DNA of 60,714 nt, taken from Acidobacteriaceae bacterium. Its GTDB lineage: Bacteria; Acidobacteriota; Terriglobia; Terriglobales; Acidobacteriaceae. Shown here piece after piece: positions 57,563-60,714 of the stretch. Location of the stretch: assembly GCA_035570215.1 (NCBI GenBank), contig DATMLK010000194.1:1-60714 (forward strand), written 5' to 3'. A program made the position numbers and the translations under genes. Each line of letters opens with the position of its first letter. The stretch's first letter is position 1. Below the pieces are notes generated by a model that did not search any database, was not told the origin of the DNA, and saw only the letters and a list, made by a program, of their open reading frames with translations.

Positions 57563-58384
57563 ATGCTACTGGCACTCGATGTAGGCAACACCAATACCGT
57601 TCTGGCGCTGTATAGCCTTCACCCGGATGCTCCCACCGAGCTGATCGCCGACTGGCGCATCACCACATCCCACATTCAGACCACCGATGAATACGGCATG
57701 CTCTTTCGCGATCTCTTTGCGCTGCGGGGAATGACGATCGATGTGGTGGACGCCATCATCATCTCATCCGTGGTGCCGCCGATCGACTCTGCCCTGCGGC
57801 AGGTCTGCGAGCGCTACTTCAATCTCAAGCCGCTCTTCGTCGAACCGGGCGTGAAGACCGGACTGCCCGTACTGGTCGACAACCCGGCCGAGGTCGGCGC
57901 GGACCGCATCGTGAACTGCGTGGCCGCCTTTGAGAAGTTCGGCGGCCCCTGCATCGTGGTGGACATGGGTACGGCAACGACCTTTGACGTGATCTCGAAA
58001 AAAGGCGAATTTCTCGGCGGGGCGATCGCGCCGGGGCTCGGTATCGCGGCCGACGCGCTCTTTGACCATGCCGCGCGGCTGCCGCGCGTCGATGTGAAGC
58101 GGCCGGCGAAGATCATCGGCACGTCGACGACGGACAATATCCAGATCGGGCTCTACTACGGCTACATCGGCCTGGTGGACGGCATCCTGGAGCGATTCAT
58201 CGCCGAGCTTGGGCCGGAGACGAAGCTGGTCGCGACCGGGGGCATGTCGAAACTGATCGCCAGCGGCAGCAAGTATCTGCATGAAGTCGACCTGATGCTG
58301 ACGCTGACCGGACTGCGCATCATCTACGAGCGCAACGCGGAGCGTGGACGTAAGCGCGCAGCCGCAACGGCCGCGCACGCGTAG
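57563..58384 (+). CDS. coaX: type III pantothenate kinase
   Basis: MLLALDVGNTNTVLA...GADRIVN...VVDMGTATTFD...ATGG. Confidence 0.95.
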   Translation: MLLALDVGNTNTVLALYSLHPDAPTELIADWRITTSHIQTTDEYGMLFRDLFALRGMTIDVVDAIIISSVVPPIDSALRQVCERYFNLKPLFVEPGVKTGLPVLVDNPAEVGADRIVNCVAAFEKFGGPCIVVDMGTATTFDVISKKGEFLGGAIAPGLGIAADALFDHAARLPRVDVKRPAKIIGTSTTDNIQIGLYYGYIGLVDGILERFIAELGPETKLVATGGMSKLIASGSKYLHEVDLMLTLTGLRIIYERNAERGRKRAAATAAHA

Positions 58385-58436
58385 AATCTTCGCAGGCGCG
58401 AAGAGACAAACGCGAAGAGGCAGGCGCGCGACGGCA

Positions 58437-59147
58437 TTGCAGAACTACTTCAACTACTTCACCGAGATCGAAGACCGCTTCCTGCAGAGGCGCGGTTCGC
58501 TGCTGCTGCTCTCCACTCTGGACTGGGCGCTGATCGAGGCGTGGCGCGAGGCCGGGCTACCGCTGGCAGCGGTGCTGCGCGGCATCGACGCGGCCTTCGA
58601 CAAGCATGACGCGCGCGCGGCGAAGGTGACCCGCAAGCTGCGCAAGGTGAACTCGCTGGCATGGTGCGCGCAGGAGGTGATGGCCGCAGCCGAGCAGATG
58701 GTGGAGGCGGCGACCGGCGTTGCACCCGCGAAGGAAGCCGGCGAGAGCGGCTTTGAGGCTGAGCCGGTGGCGAAGTTTCTCGAAAGCAATGCCGGTTTGC
58801 TGGAGGCGGCGAAGCTGGAGGCTCCGGCCGATACCGTCGCAAAAGAGAGTGCGGCGCGCCTGCGCGAGATGGCGGCAGAGCTGCGCGGGAATCCCGCGAT
58901 GCCGCTGGAAGATATGGATCGCAGCCTGACCGTGCTCGAAGAGAAGCTATTTGCGGCACTGATGACAGCAGCACCGGAGCAGGAGCTGGTGGCGCTGCGC
59001 GAGCAGGCCGACCGCGAACTTGCTCCGTATCGCAGCCGCATGCAGGCGGTGCAGATCAAGCAGATCCAGCAGCAGTTCCTGCACAAGCGGCTGATGGAAG
59101 CGCGCGGGCTGCCACGGCTGAGTTTGTTCTACATGGGTCACGCATGA
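58437..59147 (+). CDS. hypothetical helical protein
   Basis: The in-frame TTG at 58437 gives the N-terminus (M)QNYFNYFTEIEDRFLQRRGSLLLLSTLDWALIEAWREAGLPL; the track start at 58344 overlaps coaX. The stop overlaps the next gene's ATG (ATGA). Confidence 0.55.
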   Translation: MQNYFNYFTEIEDRFLQRRGSLLLLSTLDWALIEAWREAGLPLAAVLRGIDAAFDKHDARAAKVTRKLRKVNSLAWCAQEVMAAAEQMVEAATGVAPAKEAGESGFEAEPVAKFLESNAGLLEAAKLEAPADTVAKESAARLREMAAELRGNPAMPLEDMDRSLTVLEEKLFAALMTAAPEQELVALREQADRELAPYRSRMQAVQIKQIQQQFLHKRLMEARGLPRLSLFYMGHA

Positions 59148-60487
59148 GCCCATCTATGGACCCATCTATGAGCCAAGTCCAGAAGCTCCGCATTGAAAAA
59201 GCCATTTACGGCGGCACAAGCCTGGCGCGTCTGCCCAACGGCAAGGCCGCCTTTGTTCCGCTCACGCTCGCCGGCGAGCTGGTGGAGGCGCGTGTGACCG
59301 AGCAGAAGCGCGGCTACGCGCAGGCCGAGGCCACGGCGATTCTGGAGCCTGCACCGGAGCGCATCGCCGCGCCGTGCCGGCACTATGGACTCTGCGGCGG
59401 CTGCAGCTATCAGCATGCGGAGTACGCCGCGCAGCTCGGCATCAAGCGCGGGATCTTAGAGGAGACCCTGCAACGCGCGGGCGTTACGCCGCCTGCAATC
59501 TCTGTTCACAGCGCAGAGCGTCTTGGAGAGCAGTGGGGCTATCGCAACCGCGTCCGCATGCACTTCACCCATGAGGATGGCCGGCTGCAGCTTGGGTATA
59601 AGCAGCGGCGGTCGAACACAATCTTTGCAATCGCCGAGTGCCCTATCGCCGCGCCCGTGCTGGTGCGAGCGGCGCTTGCGCTGGCTGAAACACTTCAGGA
59701 CGCGGCCTGGATCGACGAGGATATGGAGGCGGAGTTTTTTTGCGACAGCGCAGAGAGCACACTCCAGATCGCGATCCTCGGCGAGCACTCACGCACCAGC
59801 ACGCAGGATTTTGCGGACACCATGATGCAGATGCAACAGGCCGTGCCGGAACTGACAGGTGCTGGCCTCTATCTGCGTACTGAAGAAGAAGCCGCCCCGC
59901 ACGAAATCGCGAACTGGGGCGAGAATTCCCTCACCCTCAGCGTCGCCTCCCACAGCTACCGCGTCACGCGCGGAGCCTTCTTCCAGACCAATCGCTTTCT
60001 CGCCGAGAAGCTGGTCGAACTCGTCACCCAGGAACGCAGCGGCGAGCTCGTATGGGACCTCTACGCCGGGGTTGGGCTCTTCTCGCTCGCGCTGGCGGCC
60101 CACTTTGCGCGCGTGGTGGCCGTGGAGGCCGCAACGCCCGCCGTGCGCGACCTGCAGCACAACCTGGCGCAGGCGGGAGAGCAGCACCGGGCCATTGAAA
60201 ACACCACGCTCGACTTCCTGAAACGCACCGCAGCGCCTTCGAGCAAGAAGCCGCCGGAGCTGATCGTGCTGGACCCGCCGCGTGCCGGGCTGGGCGCGGA
60301 GGTCTGTAAGTTGCTGGCGCAGGTGGGCGCGCCGGAGATCGTCTACGTCTCCTGCGATCCGGTCACGCTCTCGCGCGATCTAGCGGCACTGATAGAATCC
60401 GGCTACCAGCTACAGCCGATGCACATGGTCGATCTCTTTCCGCAGACCTTTCACCTGGAGACGGTCTCCGTTCTGCGCAGGGCCTGA
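59144..60487 (+). CDS. 23S rRNA (uracil-5-)-methyltransferase, RumA/RlmD family
   Basis: A TRAM-like N-terminus, Fe-S Cys cluster CRHYGLCGGCSYQH...C, and SAM motifs VWDLYAGVGLFSLALA, VLDPPRAGL and YVSCDPVTLSRD. Three in-frame ATGs lie in the first 10 codons. Confidence 0.9.
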   Translation: MSPSMDPSMSQVQKLRIEKAIYGGTSLARLPNGKAAFVPLTLAGELVEARVTEQKRGYAQAEATAILEPAPERIAAPCRHYGLCGGCSYQHAEYAAQLGIKRGILEETLQRAGVTPPAISVHSAERLGEQWGYRNRVRMHFTHEDGRLQLGYKQRRSNTIFAIAECPIAAPVLVRAALALAETLQDAAWIDEDMEAEFFCDSAESTLQIAILGEHSRTSTQDFADTMMQMQQAVPELTGAGLYLRTEEEAAPHEIANWGENSLTLSVASHSYRVTRGAFFQTNRFLAEKLVELVTQERSGELVWDLYAGVGLFSLALAAHFARVVAVEAATPAVRDLQHNLAQAGEQHRAIENTTLDFLKRTAAPSSKKPPELIVLDPPRAGLGAEVCKLLAQVGAPEIVYVSCDPVTLSRDLAALIESGYQLQPMHMVDLFPQTFHLETVSVLRRA

Positions 60488-60528
60488 TCGCGTACTGCCG
60501 CCGGCGAGTTCACGCAGGAATGTACGCC

Positions 60529-60714
60529 ATGCCCGACGCGCTATCTGAAGCACGACCTGCAGAGACGCCGCTGCGCGACACGCGCCGAGTACCGCGCCTG
60601 GAGCCGCTCCGCTTTGCGCGTATGCCGGCGCTGGCGGCGGCGACGGGCTTTGCGCCCGGGATCCTTCTCTCGCAGCAAGTATGGCAGCCGCCGTTGGTTC
60701 TTCTTGCGGCCACG
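60529..60714 (+). CDS. possible start of a membrane protein (ComEC/Rec2-like N-terminus?), cut by the window end
   Basis: The ATG at 60529 opens a frame that runs to the window edge (MPDALSEARPAETPLRDTRRVPRLEPLRFARMPALAAATGFAPGILLS...). It is not in the ORF track because no stop is reached. The family guess is weak. Confidence 0.3.
   Translation, partial: MPDALSEARPAETPLRDTRRVPRLEPLRFARMPALAAATGFAPGILLSQQVWQPPLVLLAAT

Noticed and set aside
60510-60713. 67-aa minus-strand ORF at the window end.
   Set aside because: It is Arg/Ala/Gly-rich and has no RBS. The plus-strand frame from the ATG at 60529 has a more protein-like, membrane-type N-terminus. Neither can be confirmed from this fragment.

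Overview
This is a gene-dense, high-G+C bacterial chromosomal segment with about 55 protein-coding genes on both strands. Most are housekeeping.

Core genes:
- DNA metabolism: xseA, polA, recG, and a UvrC-like paralogue.
- Translation: rpsB-tsf, pyrH, rplM-rpsI, valS, queA, and a RumA-type rRNA methyltransferase.
- Cofactor and SAM metabolism: metK, ahcY, nadC-birA-coaX, acpS, rpe, glmM.
- Envelope: BamD, an MlaD/MCE protein, an acyltransferase-3, and a Wzy-like membrane protein.
- Transporters: GntP, NCS2/AzgA, MFS, ABC-2 NatAB-like, and an FtsX permease.

There are also two two-component signalling clusters.

I recognised no rRNA, tRNA, CRISPR array, transposase, integrase or prophage gene. 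The diderm envelope genes, the beta-propeller lipoproteins and the style of the intergenic hairpin repeats suggest an Acidobacteriota (Terriglobia-like) genome. That is inference only.

Many long ORFs in the six-frame track are antisense shadows of real genes, which is typical at this G+C, and I did not call them.

I do not see a clear-cut, multi-gene, previously undescribed system such as a defence island. The leads most worth a second look are:
1. A minus-strand operon pairs a cyclic-nucleotide-binding histidine kinase with a receiver / thioredoxin-fold / TrxR-like flavoprotein fusion that lacks both redox CxxC motifs. A LuxR regulator whose receiver lacks the phospho-acceptor Asp sits next to it.
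2. An AT-rich single-gene insertion between glmM and a GntP permease encodes an orphan protein with two transmembrane helices and a coiled coil.
3. rplM (ribosomal protein L13) is interrupted by a 2-nt gap as assembled. Upstream lies a leader with a perfect 12-bp long-range inverted repeat and an array of GGAAGA/TCTTCC half-sites.
4. Two families of small hairpin (REP/MITE-like) elements sit in intergenic regions.
5. A UvrC paralogue has only the N-terminal half of UvrC.

All functional calls rest on motif recognition by eye in the supplied translations. None has been checked by a search.
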